From contig CAMNRN010000001.1 of assembly GCA_946553095.1 (NCBI GenBank), forward strand, positions 58,899 through 122,898: DNA of 64,000 nt, written 5' to 3'. The notes beneath the pieces are model-generated. The model made no database searches. It was not told the DNA's origin and saw only the letters and a program-made list of their open reading frames with translations. Position numbers and translations under genes: made by a program. Shown here piece after piece: positions 29,856 to 39,567 of the stretch; the first letter of the stretch is position 1; each line of letters begins with the position of its first letter. This DNA comes from an uncultured Mycoplasmatota bacterium (lineage in GTDB: Bacteria > Bacillota_I > Bacilli_A > RF39 > UBA660).

Positions 29856-30055
29856 TGAATAAAGAATTTGAACTATATGATGAAGTCATTATGAAAAAAC
29901 CACATGCCTGTGGTACTAATCTTTGGACAATTACAAGAATGGGCGTTGATATTAAAATCAAGTGCAATCAGTGTGGAAGAGAGATAATGATGGATCGTTT
30001 GGAATTCCTCCACAAATTAAAAAAGGTGATGAAAAATGAGAAAACGGAAAAGTAA
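29855..30055 (+). CDS. DUF951-family small protein (66 aa)
   Basis: YDEVIMKK.HACG.N.W...R.G.DIKIKC..CGR..M..R motif. Conserved position just downstream of parB in Firmicutes. Confidence 0.7.
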   Translation: MNKEFELYDEVIMKKPHACGTNLWTITRMGVDIKIKCNQCGREIMMDRLEFLHKLKKVMKNEKTEK

Positions 30056-31577
30056 AGAAAAAATAAAACTTCATCCCGTCATGGCCTTGTTAGTTTTAAG
30101 TGTAATTGTAATAATATTAAGTGGAATATTAAGTCTATTTAATGTCCATGCTAATTTTAGTCAAATATCTACTAAAACAGGCGAATATCAAGCGACAACA
30201 GAAGCAGTAACATCCTTATTAAATTTAAGTGGTCTTAAATATATATTTACTAGTACTGTATCTAACTTTGCTAATCTAGCAGTCCTACCACATTTAATTA
30301 TTATTCTCTTAGGTATAGGAGTGATGAGAAAAAGTGGTTTTATTAGAACCTTAGTAACAGAACTGACCAAGAAAGTAAAGAAAACGACGGTAACTTTTGT
30401 CCTAGTTTTTACATGTATTATTGCGAGTATAATAGGTGATTTATCATATATTATATTTATTCCCATTAGTGCTATGTTATTTCGCTATGGTAAAAGAAAT
30501 CCCAATATTGGTGTTATAGCCGCGTTTGCAGCCTTATCATGTGGAACTGGAATCAGCATTTTATTAACCAGTACAGATTCTAGTCTATTATCTACCACTT
30601 TATTGAATGTCCATGTTCTTCAGTCAAATTACACGATATCACCATATGCATTTTGGTTTATCATGTTATTTGCTACTGTAGCGATTTCCCTTATAATTAC
30701 TAATATTACTGAAAATATTATTGCTAAAAACCTTCCAAAATATGAAATAGAAGAAGATAATAACGAAGATTTAGAATTTACTAAAGAAAAAAAACGTGGT
30801 TTATTGTTGGCTGGAATTGCTGGTTTTATATATTTAATTATCTTCCTTTATAATATCATTCCTGGGCTTCCATTATCTGGAAAACTACTAGATAACAGTC
30901 AATCGTTATATATCGATAAATTATTTAGTTACGATTCTTTTTTTAGCAATGGATTCATATTTATTGTCACTGTATTCTTTATTATCTTAGGTTTAGCCTA
31001 TGGAATTGGCGCCAAGACAATTAAAAACAACAAAGATTTTGTTGAATCTCTAGGATTTTCTCTAGACAGAATAGGACAAGTATTAGTGATGATATTTGCC
31101 ACGGCAACATTCATCAGCATTTTCAAACAAACAAATATAGGCAATGTCATAACAATTACTTTAGCAAACTGGTTAGGAAATACGAATTTTTCAGGTTTAC
31201 CATTAATTATATTATTATTTATAATATCTGGAATAATAACGATATTTCTTCCAGGAACAATCAATAAATGGTCCATTTTAGCTGCGACAACCATTCCAAA
31301 ATTAATGTACAATGGAATTAGTCCTGAATTTGCTCAAGTAGTATTTCGCTTTGGTGAATCGATTACGATGGGAATAACTCCTATTTTAGCTTATTTTATT
31401 GTATATGTAGCTTATTTAGAAAAATATAGTGGAAATAATAAAACAATAAGTTTATCACAAGCTATTAAGTATCAAATTCCTTATTCCGTCATGGCTATGG
31501 GCGTTTATTTGATAATAATTATAATATGGTACCTAATAGGCCTTCCATTAGGAGCGGGCGCTAGGGTAGCACTATAA
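30036..31577 (+). CDS. AbgT-family (YdaH/MtrF-type) transporter
   Basis: 513 aa polytopic protein. N-terminal K.HP motif before TM1 and a C-terminal WYL.GLP.G.G tail, as in AbgT. Confidence 0.7.
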   Translation: MRKRKSKEKIKLHPVMALLVLSVIVIILSGILSLFNVHANFSQISTKTGEYQATTEAVTSLLNLSGLKYIFTSTVSNFANLAVLPHLIIILLGIGVMRKSGFIRTLVTELTKKVKKTTVTFVLVFTCIIASIIGDLSYIIFIPISAMLFRYGKRNPNIGVIAAFAALSCGTGISILLTSTDSSLLSTTLLNVHVLQSNYTISPYAFWFIMLFATVAISLIITNITENIIAKNLPKYEIEEDNNEDLEFTKEKKRGLLLAGIAGFIYLIIFLYNIIPGLPLSGKLLDNSQSLYIDKLFSYDSFFSNGFIFIVTVFFIILGLAYGIGAKTIKNNKDFVESLGFSLDRIGQVLVMIFATATFISIFKQTNIGNVITITLANWLGNTNFSGLPLIILLFIISGIITIFLPGTINKWSILAATTIPKLMYNGISPEFAQVVFRFGESITMGITPILAYFIVYVAYLEKYSGNNKTISLSQAIKYQIPYSVMAMGVYLIIIIIWYLIGLPLGAGARVAL

Positions 31578-31590
31578 GGGGGAAAGAAAC

Positions 31591-32691
31591 ATGTCATTAA
31601 AAGCAGGAATTGTAGGATTGCCTAACGTTGGCAAATCGACATTATTTAATGCAATAACTAAACAAAATATTTTAGCAGCTAATTATCCATTTGCTACGAT
31701 AGAACCCAATGTTGGTGTCGTAATAGTGCCAGATAAACGGCTTGATTTTTTAAAAAATCTATATAACCCACCGAGTGTAGTTCCAACAACATTCGAATTT
31801 ACAGACATAGCAGGTTTAGTAAAAGGAGCATCATCTGGGGAAGGATTAGGAAATAAATTTCTCTCACATATTCGTGAAGTAGATGCCATAATAGAAGTTG
31901 TTCGCTGTTTTGATGATCCAGAGATAACACACGTTACTGGAACAACGAATCCTATTGAAGATATAGAGATTATTAACATTGAGCTAGTTTTAGCAGACTT
32001 AGAAATTATAACGAATCGGATTGGGAAAATTGAAAAAAAAGCTGAAACAACCAAAGATAAAGTTGCACAATTAGAACTAAATGTCCTAAAAAAATGTCGA
32101 GAATCATTAGAAAATAACAACCCATTAAGAAACCTTGAATTAACTATAGAAGAAAGAAAAATAATTAAAAATTTCAGTTTTCTTACACTCAAGCCATTAA
32201 TATATGTTGCAAACATGGACGAAGAATCCATCGTTAATGGCGAAAACCAGTATTCTAAATTAGTCGCTGATTATGCGAACAAAGAAAACTCTGGTGTAAT
32301 CAATATGTGTGCCAAGTTAGAATCTGAATTAGCGAGCCTAGAAGATGAAGAAAAGAAAGAGTTTTTAAAATCATGTGGCATTCCTGAAAGTGGATTAGAC
32401 AAATTAATATTTGCTGCCTATAAGCTTTTAGGACTAGAAACCTTTTTTACGGTAGGAACCGATGAAGTAAGGGCCTGGACATATGAAAAGGGAATGAAAG
32501 CGCCTCTTTGTGCTGGAATCATCCACAATGACTTTGAACGTGGCTTTATCAAAGCAGAAGTTATGAGTTATAAAGACTTAGAAGAATTAAAGGACGAAAA
32601 AAAAGTCAAAGAAAACGGTCGATTAAGAATCGAAGGAAAAGAATACATCATGCAAGATGGAGATATATGTTATTTTAGATTTAATGTTTAA
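31591..32691 (+). CDS. ychF: ribosome-binding ATPase YchF
   Basis: 366 aa. GIVGLPNVGKSTLFNA G1 motif, TGS C-terminal domain. Confidence 0.95.
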   Translation: MSLKAGIVGLPNVGKSTLFNAITKQNILAANYPFATIEPNVGVVIVPDKRLDFLKNLYNPPSVVPTTFEFTDIAGLVKGASSGEGLGNKFLSHIREVDAIIEVVRCFDDPEITHVTGTTNPIEDIEIINIELVLADLEIITNRIGKIEKKAETTKDKVAQLELNVLKKCRESLENNNPLRNLELTIEERKIIKNFSFLTLKPLIYVANMDEESIVNGENQYSKLVADYANKENSGVINMCAKLESELASLEDEEKKEFLKSCGIPESGLDKLIFAAYKLLGLETFFTVGTDEVRAWTYEKGMKAPLCAGIIHNDFERGFIKAEVMSYKDLEELKDEKKVKENGRLRIEGKEYIMQDGDICYFRFNV

Positions 32692-32708
32692 ATTATTATG
32701 AAAAAAAG

Positions 32709-32732
32709 AACCAAACTAATTGTTGTTTGGTT
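32709..32732. terminator. bidirectional terminator between convergent ychF and kinase genes (AACCAAAC-8nt-GTTTGGTT flanked by A- and T-runs)
   Basis: 8-bp perfect inverted repeat. A7 upstream and a T-rich tract downstream. Confidence 0.55.
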
Positions 32733-33867
32733 TTCTATTTCTCGCAAAATCTTCATTACTTGAGAAGGATCTAATAAATTTTTCTATTTCATCTAATTTC
32801 TGTTCTATATCTTGCAAAAGGGCAAATTGATTTAAAAAACGATCTCGATTATGTTCAGGATACTTTGTTTTAAAATAAATATCACCATTAATATAATCTG
32901 TTAAGAATCTTAATGTAAGTTCGTAAGTTAAAATACGAATAGATTGTCCAAGATAGGCTACCTCATTAGGTGTTAACAAGTGCCCCATTTCTCCTAGATA
33001 GCCTCTTAAATAAGCTTTAGCCAAATCGAGATTCAAAAACACTTTGCTTAAATCGGTTTCATCTTCAAAAGTACTAGCACAAGCAGATCTTATTCCATCA
33101 CCGACATCATACAAAATAGAACCAGGCATAATCGTATCTAAATCAATCACCGCGATGCCCTCTAAAGAATTTTGATCAATCAAAACATTATTAAGTTTTG
33201 TATCATTATGTGTAACCCGCAGAGGAATACTTTTTCCTAGAGCTTCGTGAATTACTGAACATTCTTTTATTTTAGAAATAAGATAGACAATTTCTTGTGA
33301 ACACTGAAAAGCTCTATTTGTTGCGTTATTCTCAATACTACTAAGTAAGTTTTCAAATCTCTTTGGTGTATTATGAAAATCTGGGATTGTATAAGCTAAC
33401 ATAGTTATAGGAAAATCCTCTAATAAACGATGAAAGAATCCGAAGCACTTCCCCGTATTATAGGCAATTTGTTCTTTATTATCCCCACAGTCATCAAAAG
33501 TATTAAAACTAATACAATGATCAATATATGAAAAAACACGATAATATTCTTTTTCTCCATCCTGATTAACATAAGTACACATACTGCTACCATTTTTAGT
33601 TGAAATAATATTTAGCGTTTGATGAGTTTGATCACCCATACGATCGAGCCTTGCTCTAATATGTGTTGTCACAAATTCAATATTTTTCATAACCAAATGT
33701 GGTTCTTTAAACACATAAGTATTAATTTTTTGTAGTAAATATTTTTTCCCAGTACTAGTCATAACCACATAAGTGGCATTAATATTTCCTTGGTCGTTTT
33801 CTAAAACACTGACAACGTCTCCCTCTAGCTCAAAACTATCTAATACTCTTTTAATTTTCTCTCTCAT
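32716..33867 (-). CDS. phosphotransferase-family kinase (APH/choline-kinase-like fold)
   Basis: 383 aa. HNDTKLNNVLID catalytic loop and a downstream DLD motif typical of the APH/ChoK superfamily. Substrate unknown. Confidence 0.65.
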   Translation of the reverse strand: MREKIKRVLDSFELEGDVVSVLENDQGNINATYVVMTSTGKKYLLQKINTYVFKEPHLVMKNIEFVTTHIRARLDRMGDQTHQTLNIISTKNGSSMCTYVNQDGEKEYYRVFSYIDHCISFNTFDDCGDNKEQIAYNTGKCFGFFHRLLEDFPITMLAYTIPDFHNTPKRFENLLSSIENNATNRAFQCSQEIVYLISKIKECSVIHEALGKSIPLRVTHNDTKLNNVLIDQNSLEGIAVIDLDTIMPGSILYDVGDGIRSACASTFEDETDLSKVFLNLDLAKAYLRGYLGEMGHLLTPNEVAYLGQSIRILTYELTLRFLTDYINGDIYFKTKYPEHNRDRFLNQFALLQDIEQKLDEIEKFIRSFSSNEDFARNRKPNNN

Positions 33868-33997
33868 TTATCTCACTCCTAAGTTCATTATAGTACAAGT
33901 ATAAAATAAAGTAAACTAATGATTTTGGAACAAAAAGATGAGAATTTACAACTAGAGTTATAAGTGGTAAAATAAGATTAATAAAGGAGGGAAATTT

Positions 33998-34642
33998 ATG
34001 AAAAATAGTTTATTTAGCAAGACGTTTCTTTGGATGGCAATAGGACTAGCTTTAACATTTGCAACTGCGTTCTCAGTCGCTCAATTTCCAAAAATGTTAT
34101 ATAGTATCTTTGGTGGTTCAGGATATTGGATTTTTATTGTAATTGAATTAGTTTTAGTTCTATTTTTATCAGCAAAAGTAATGGATTTAAAACCTACTAC
34201 AGCCAAAATTGCCTTTTTACTATATTCTTTTGTTAGTGGTTTAACATTTTCATCAATATTTGTTGCATTTAAACTAAGTTCAATTATGTTTGTTTTTCTA
34301 ATAAGTGCTGCGATATTTGGAATAATGGCCTTAGTTGGAAACAAAACTAATATTGACTTATCTAAAATAGGACCATACTTATACATGGGATTATTTGCTG
34401 CTGTGTTAACTATGTTAATAAATATATTTATAGGAAGTGACACTCTAACAATGATCATATCTATTGTTTGTGTTGTCCTATTCATCGGTATAACAGCCTA
34501 TGACGTTCAAAAGTTAAAACAGCTAAGCGACAGTGGCTTGCCTGAAGAAAACCTTGCTATATATGGTGCCTTAGAGTTATATTTAGACTTTATTAACATC
34601 TTTATTCATATATTACAAATTATTGGTGAACGAGATAATTAG
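33998..34642 (+). CDS. Bax inhibitor-1/YccA family membrane protein
   Basis: 214 aa, 7 TM. AYDVQKL and LYLDFINIF motifs. Confidence 0.88.
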   Translation: MKNSLFSKTFLWMAIGLALTFATAFSVAQFPKMLYSIFGGSGYWIFIVIELVLVLFLSAKVMDLKPTTAKIAFLLYSFVSGLTFSSIFVAFKLSSIMFVFLISAAIFGIMALVGNKTNIDLSKIGPYLYMGLFAAVLTMLINIFIGSDTLTMIISIVCVVLFIGITAYDVQKLKQLSDSGLPEENLAIYGALELYLDFINIFIHILQIIGERDN

Positions 34643-34644
34643 AA

Positions 34645-35250
34645 ATGAATATGGATATCAGTCTAAAAAGAATTGTTGCGTACATTCTTGATATAATACT
34701 TATTACAATGTTTGTAACGATTCTGACGAACATAAAAATAATAAATCCCCATTTAAAAGCATACAACGAGAACTATCAAATATATAATGAATTAAATGAG
34801 GCTTACAAAAATGATGAAATAACAACTGAAGAGTACAAAGAAAAAATGATTCATATAAATTATGAATTGAGCAAAAGTAATATTGTAACTGCTTCATTAA
34901 CAATCGGGGCTTTTATTATTTACTTTGGTATTCTTCAAAAAATCCTTGGAGGCGTAACTTTCGGAAAAAATATTATGAAAATTCGCTTAGTTAGCCAAGA
35001 TGAAAAGCCACTTGGTACAGTAAATTATTTACTGAGGACAATTATCCTTAACAACATAATATTAAGAGTTCTCTTAATATCAGGCGTCTTCTTCTTAAAT
35101 GAAAAGACATACTACGATTATACGGCTATCATAAGTTTTATCGAAAGCACGATTGAATCAATCTTATTTGCGATGATCATCCTTCGCAAAGACCACCGGG
35201 GATTACATGATATCTTATCTCATACTAAAGTAATCGAAAAAGATGCATAA
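34645..35250 (+). CDS. RDD-family membrane protein
   Basis: RIVAYILDIILI RDD motif, 3 TM. Confidence 0.7.
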   Translation: MNMDISLKRIVAYILDIILITMFVTILTNIKIINPHLKAYNENYQIYNELNEAYKNDEITTEEYKEKMIHINYELSKSNIVTASLTIGAFIIYFGILQKILGGVTFGKNIMKIRLVSQDEKPLGTVNYLLRTIILNNIILRVLLISGVFFLNEKTYYDYTAIISFIESTIESILFAMIILRKDHRGLHDILSHTKVIEKDA

Positions 35251-35370
35251 TAAACTAATAACCTATAAAGTTGATATTAACGCTTTATAGGTTTTTTATA
35301 AGTTTAGTTAAAAACTATTTTTAATTTTCCCCAATTATGATAATATAATATTAATAAAGGTAGTGAAAAA

Positions 35371-36699
35371 ATGAATGAAACAAATAAAAAATATTTTAAA
35401 AATGACAAAATGAAAATAATACTATGTACTCTATGTAGTATTATTGCCCTTACAATGCTTGGCTACGAAGTATTTTTTAATGATTATTTAAATCCTAAAA
35501 ATTATATTGAAGAGATAACCACAGAAATAAATAGCTCTTTAAAAAAGTTTATGAACAAAACAGTTCAAGAGAATAATGAAGTGGATAAATCTCTTGATTC
35601 CCAGTTTCAAGGAAATTTAAATTTGCATAAAGAAGGTGAAAATCTATTTGCGATAACCTATGATATAAAAAATTCCTCTCAAAAATCAATTTCTTCCATA
35701 GATACTGAGATTAAATCCTGTGATCGCAAAATAATAGGTGCAAATCTTTTCTTTCAAGATAATTATATATATTTTTATTCCAAAGAAATATTTAAAAAAC
35801 CTCTAAAAATAGATTATACATTCGAAAATACTTCTAATACTAATGAATATATAATATTAACAAGTGCAGAAGATTTAGCATATTACACGATGAAAATGGT
35901 TGAATATCACTTAACATCACTTAAAGAAGCTGACTTAAGTGTCAAACTAAAAGGGATAAAAGAAAAAGAGTATCATCTAAAATTAGATGCTAAAACGAAA
36001 ATGCGCGCCAATCAAAAATTAGAAGAGTTAATTGAACAAGACGAAAAACTAAAAGATATTTTAAACAAATATAATGTAGAAAAATATAGTTATTTACAAA
36101 CCGGAGAAATAATATTTACAGTAAGTTTGCTAAAAAATGAGCTTAAAGCAATAAATATATCTACAAGCGACATAGATCTTGAAGTAATATGTGATGAAGA
36201 AAAATATACGGTTTACATAGATGCCCAAAAGTACTTTATTTGGTTAAAAGAAAATACGTTTAAATTAGAACAATATGAAAAAGATGCATTAACAAATAGT
36301 ATTGAAATGAGTAATGAAAATGGCTATGAAATAACATATTTAAAAGACAATGACACTTTTACTTTTTCATCAAATCATATTGATGAAGAAACAACAGAAT
36401 ATAATATAAATTTGTTTTCTCCAAATAACTTTCTTGAAACAAAGTTAAAGGCCAGCAAGCAAATTAAAAATCAAAAAGATATGATAATAAAAGGAGAAGG
36501 AGCAATTAGCCTGGCGAGTGAAACTATTGATTTTAATTTTGAAATTAACGCTATGTATAAAGAAGGCATAATTGAAAGAATAGATCCTAAAAACGCTAAG
36601 GATATTGAAAAACTTACACCAGAAGAACAAGAAGAACTAATAAACAATATAAATAGTTTAGTCGAAAAAATTGGTATATTAGATGATTATACATATTAA
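35371..36699 (+). CDS. membrane-anchored hypothetical protein (442 aa)
   Basis: N-terminal TM anchor and a large extracytoplasmic domain. No recognisable family. Confidence 0.5.
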   Translation: MNETNKKYFKNDKMKIILCTLCSIIALTMLGYEVFFNDYLNPKNYIEEITTEINSSLKKFMNKTVQENNEVDKSLDSQFQGNLNLHKEGENLFAITYDIKNSSQKSISSIDTEIKSCDRKIIGANLFFQDNYIYFYSKEIFKKPLKIDYTFENTSNTNEYIILTSAEDLAYYTMKMVEYHLTSLKEADLSVKLKGIKEKEYHLKLDAKTKMRANQKLEELIEQDEKLKDILNKYNVEKYSYLQTGEIIFTVSLLKNELKAINISTSDIDLEVICDEEKYTVYIDAQKYFIWLKENTFKLEQYEKDALTNSIEMSNENGYEITYLKDNDTFTFSSNHIDEETTEYNINLFSPNNFLETKLKASKQIKNQKDMIIKGEGAISLASETIDFNFEINAMYKEGIIERIDPKNAKDIEKLTPEEQEELINNINSLVEKIGILDDYTY

Positions 36700-36720
36700 A
36701 GAATAGAAAGAGGAATTAAA

Positions 36721-37857
36721 ATGACGAAAAAAAAGCCGATATCATCTGTTGGATTATGGTGTTTTATCTTTGTAATAGGAATAAGTATTGACTACCTTAA
36801 TACATATATATGGCAGGATAAAACCCCAAGTTTAATTTTTACGGGGGGGAAATTTTTAGCCTTTTTTATCATACTAGCAGGCTATATTTTAATGAGCCAA
36901 TATAAACAAACTAAAAAGGCTAAAGATCAAAAAGAGTGTGCCTCGATTGGCGCCTGGAAGTACGCGGGACAAACCTTTAGTAAATTGTATCCCAGTTTAT
37001 TAGGTGGTGTAACCTTTGCTTTTATAATACGTAATATCATAACGGGAACAAAACTAAGTTCTCTTATAACTGCATTTATGGATTCCATTTGGGAATTTAT
37101 AGGGTTATCTCAAATAGGTGCTGTAGGTTTATTTGAGCAAACTTCTGGGGCTGTTTTAATATCTCCAGGAACTACAACAATATGGAACAGTCCCCTTTGG
37201 GTTATATCAGCCATAATAATCGCTAGTCTATTTCTTTATTACATTGTATCTAAAAATGAAGATTTTTTTGTAGCAATATTCGCTCCTATATTCATAATTA
37301 TTACATATGCTAGTATGGGCTTATCGACAAAACCATGGTCACACACTGTCCTAGGAAGTATAGGACTTCCCTCTGGATTAGCCCGTGTAATGGCTGGAAT
37401 GTGTGTAGGAATGCTTTCATACTATGTGATAAGTTTTTTAAGAAAAAAAGAATTTGGTGAAACAGAAACGATTTGTCTTAGTCTCATTCACATGGTTCTT
37501 ATCATGATATTTATCTATACATGGTATTATGGATTTACCTGGAATGAATTAACTAATGGTATACTAATGACTTTATTTATAATAGTTCTTTTAACGGATA
37601 AAGACTATATCTCAGACTTATACCATAATAGCAAGAGTTGTCTTTTTTTAGGAAAACTATCTCTTTATTATTACTCGTGTTTTATTGCCTTTATATTTCT
37701 TCTTTCTTGGCTATTCCCAGAAATGAGTTATCATGCAAGCATTATATTCAATATTTTGTTTTCTACATGTTGGGCCTTTATCATGATGTATGTTGATGAT
37801 TATGTATTAACCCCATTATTTCGAAAAAAGAAAAAAGTTAATAAGTTAGCCAAGTAA
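36721..37857 (+). CDS. polytopic integral membrane protein of unknown function (378 aa)
   Basis: About 10 hydrophobic segments. No recognisable motif. Confidence 0.5.
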   Translation: MTKKKPISSVGLWCFIFVIGISIDYLNTYIWQDKTPSLIFTGGKFLAFFIILAGYILMSQYKQTKKAKDQKECASIGAWKYAGQTFSKLYPSLLGGVTFAFIIRNIITGTKLSSLITAFMDSIWEFIGLSQIGAVGLFEQTSGAVLISPGTTTIWNSPLWVISAIIIASLFLYYIVSKNEDFFVAIFAPIFIIITYASMGLSTKPWSHTVLGSIGLPSGLARVMAGMCVGMLSYYVISFLRKKEFGETETICLSLIHMVLIMIFIYTWYYGFTWNELTNGILMTLFIIVLLTDKDYISDLYHNSKSCLFLGKLSLYYYSCFIAFIFLLSWLFPEMSYHASIIFNILFSTCWAFIMMYVDDYVLTPLFRKKKKVNKLAK

Positions 37858-38009
37858 AGAACTACTTATTCCTAACAAAAACGTTCCTTTTGACATAAAA
37901 AAGCTTCTTTATTATTGCTTGTTGCATATATTTTTGTTATAATAACTGCGAGTAAAGAAATTACTCCTTGCTTCTAATTGAAGCCGAAAAGACCATAAGG
38001 AGGTGGGTT

Positions 38010-38303
38010 ATGATGACAAAATATGAAATTATGTTTATTGTAAAAACAACAATGGAAGATGATCAAATTAAAAAAGTAGCTGAAGATTTACAAAAGCTTA
38101 TAAACATTAAACCTTCAAAAGTTATCGAATTCAAGGATATGGGAAGAAAGAAATTAGCTTACCCAATAAAAAAAGAAGTCAGTGGACATTATTATGTAAT
38201 GACAGTTTCTGCTGAACATGAAATTATTTCTGAATTCGACCGTAAGGTATCGATTAACGAAAACATATTAAGACATTTAATTATTAAAATAGAAAGTGAG
38301 TAA
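38010..38303 (+). CDS. rpsF: 30S ribosomal protein S6
   Basis: MMTKYEIMFIVK... ATG 38010 follows RBS AAGGAGGTG; the track ORF starts 14 codons upstream. Confidence 0.93.
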   Translation: MMTKYEIMFIVKTTMEDDQIKKVAEDLQKLINIKPSKVIEFKDMGRKKLAYPIKKEVSGHYYVMTVSAEHEIISEFDRKVSINENILRHLIIKIESE

Positions 38304-38305
38304 GC

Positions 38306-38794
38306 ATGAATAAAGTAATTGTAACTGGACGACTAACTAGAGATCCAGAATCAAGAGTGAGTCAAAGTAATATGGAAGTTTCGCGTTTTTCTGTCGCAGC
38401 TCAAGGCGATTTTGTTAATAAAAATGGTGAAAGAGATGTAGAATTTATCAATTGTGTAGCTTTTGGTGGATTAGCCTCAACTATTAACAAATATTGTCGA
38501 AAAGGGCGCCTAATAGGCATTCAAGGAAGAATAAGAAATAATAGTTATACAGCTCAAGATGGGACAAAAAGATATACAACTGACATTGTCGTAGAACAAA
38601 TGGAATTCTTAAGTACAGGGAATAATGATACTCAAGCAGGTGGCAATTATTCTCAATCAAACAATAATTATTCTGCATATAGTCCATCTGGAAATGATAA
38701 TATGGCAGATATAGAAACAACCGACATAAGCGAAGATCCTTACAAAAACTTTGGCGAAGAAGTTACTTTAAGCAGTGATGACTTACCATTTTAA
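38306..38794 (+). CDS. ssb: single-stranded DNA-binding protein
   Basis: 162 aa. OB fold, Gly/Asn/Gln-rich linker, C-terminal DDLPF acidic tip. Confidence 0.94.
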   Translation: MNKVIVTGRLTRDPESRVSQSNMEVSRFSVAAQGDFVNKNGERDVEFINCVAFGGLASTINKYCRKGRLIGIQGRIRNNSYTAQDGTKRYTTDIVVEQMEFLSTGNNDTQAGGNYSQSNNNYSAYSPSGNDNMADIETTDISEDPYKNFGEEVTLSSDDLPF

Positions 38795-38811
38795 AAAAGG
38801 AGGCAATATAG

Positions 38812-39027
38812 ATGGCAGAATTTCATCGTAAAAAGAAAAAAATATGTCAAATGTGTGCTGGTAAAAGTGTAGATTATAAAGATACAATGATTATTAATAA
38901 ATATATTAATGAAAAAGGCAAGATTCTTCCTCGTCGTATGACTGGAGCTTGTGCTAAACACCAAAGACACATTGCAGGACAAGTTAAGTATTCAAGATTT
39001 ATGGCATTAACACCATATGTAAAATAG
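38812..39027 (+). CDS. rpsR: 30S ribosomal protein S18
   Basis: 71 aa. Basic S18 core motifs. Confidence 0.94.
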   Translation: MAEFHRKKKKICQMCAGKSVDYKDTMIINKYINEKGKILPRRMTGACAKHQRHIAGQVKYSRFMALTPYVK

Positions 39028-39117
39028 GTCAGAAAACTTGACTTTTTTTTTATCTAAAATTATCAAATAAATCATCAAAAAAATATGGTATAATATTTAT
39101 ACCTAAGGAGGAAAATT

Positions 39118-39558
39118 ATGAAAGTAATATTACTAAATGACGTTAAATCTCTTGGAAAAAAAGATGAAATAAAGAATGTATCCGATGGATATGCCAATAA
39201 TTTTTTAATAAAAAATGGTTTAGCAGTACCGTACTCTAAAACTAGTAAGCAGGTTCTAGACAAAGAATTAGGAAATCGTGCTAGAGAAGAACAAGAAAAA
39301 ATAGATGAGCTAAATAAAATTAAACAAAAATTAGAGCATCAACAAATAGAGTTTAAAGTAAAAACAGGAAAAGATGAACGCGTATTTGGAACTATCTCTA
39401 GTAAACAAATAAGTGACAAATTATTAGAACTAGGTTATAAAATCGATAAGAAATCTATTAAAATTAAAGATGCAATAAGTTCTTTAGGAATAACTGAAGT
39501 AGAAGTAGAATTACACAAACAAGTGAAGTTTAAATTAGATATTAAACTAGTTAAATAA
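39118..39558 (+). CDS. rplI: 50S ribosomal protein L9
   Basis: 146 aa. MKVILLNDVKSLGKKDEIKNVSDGYANNFL. Confidence 0.95.
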   Translation: MKVILLNDVKSLGKKDEIKNVSDGYANNFLIKNGLAVPYSKTSKQVLDKELGNRAREEQEKIDELNKIKQKLEHQQIEFKVKTGKDERVFGTISSKQISDKLLELGYKIDKKSIKIKDAISSLGITEVEVELHKQVKFKLDIKLVK

Positions 39559-39567
39559 GGAGGAAAT

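Noticed and set aside
28000-30000. Looked for parS (TGTTNCACGTGAAACA) in and around parAB
   Set aside because: No convincing match seen by eye. A systematic scan is needed before any claim.
27138-34485. Antisense ORFs 27138-27590 (150 aa), 31683-32231 (182 aa) and 34081-34485 (134 aa)
   Set aside because: Fully embedded antisense to the 751-aa protein, ychF and BI-1 respectively. No start signals. Spurious.
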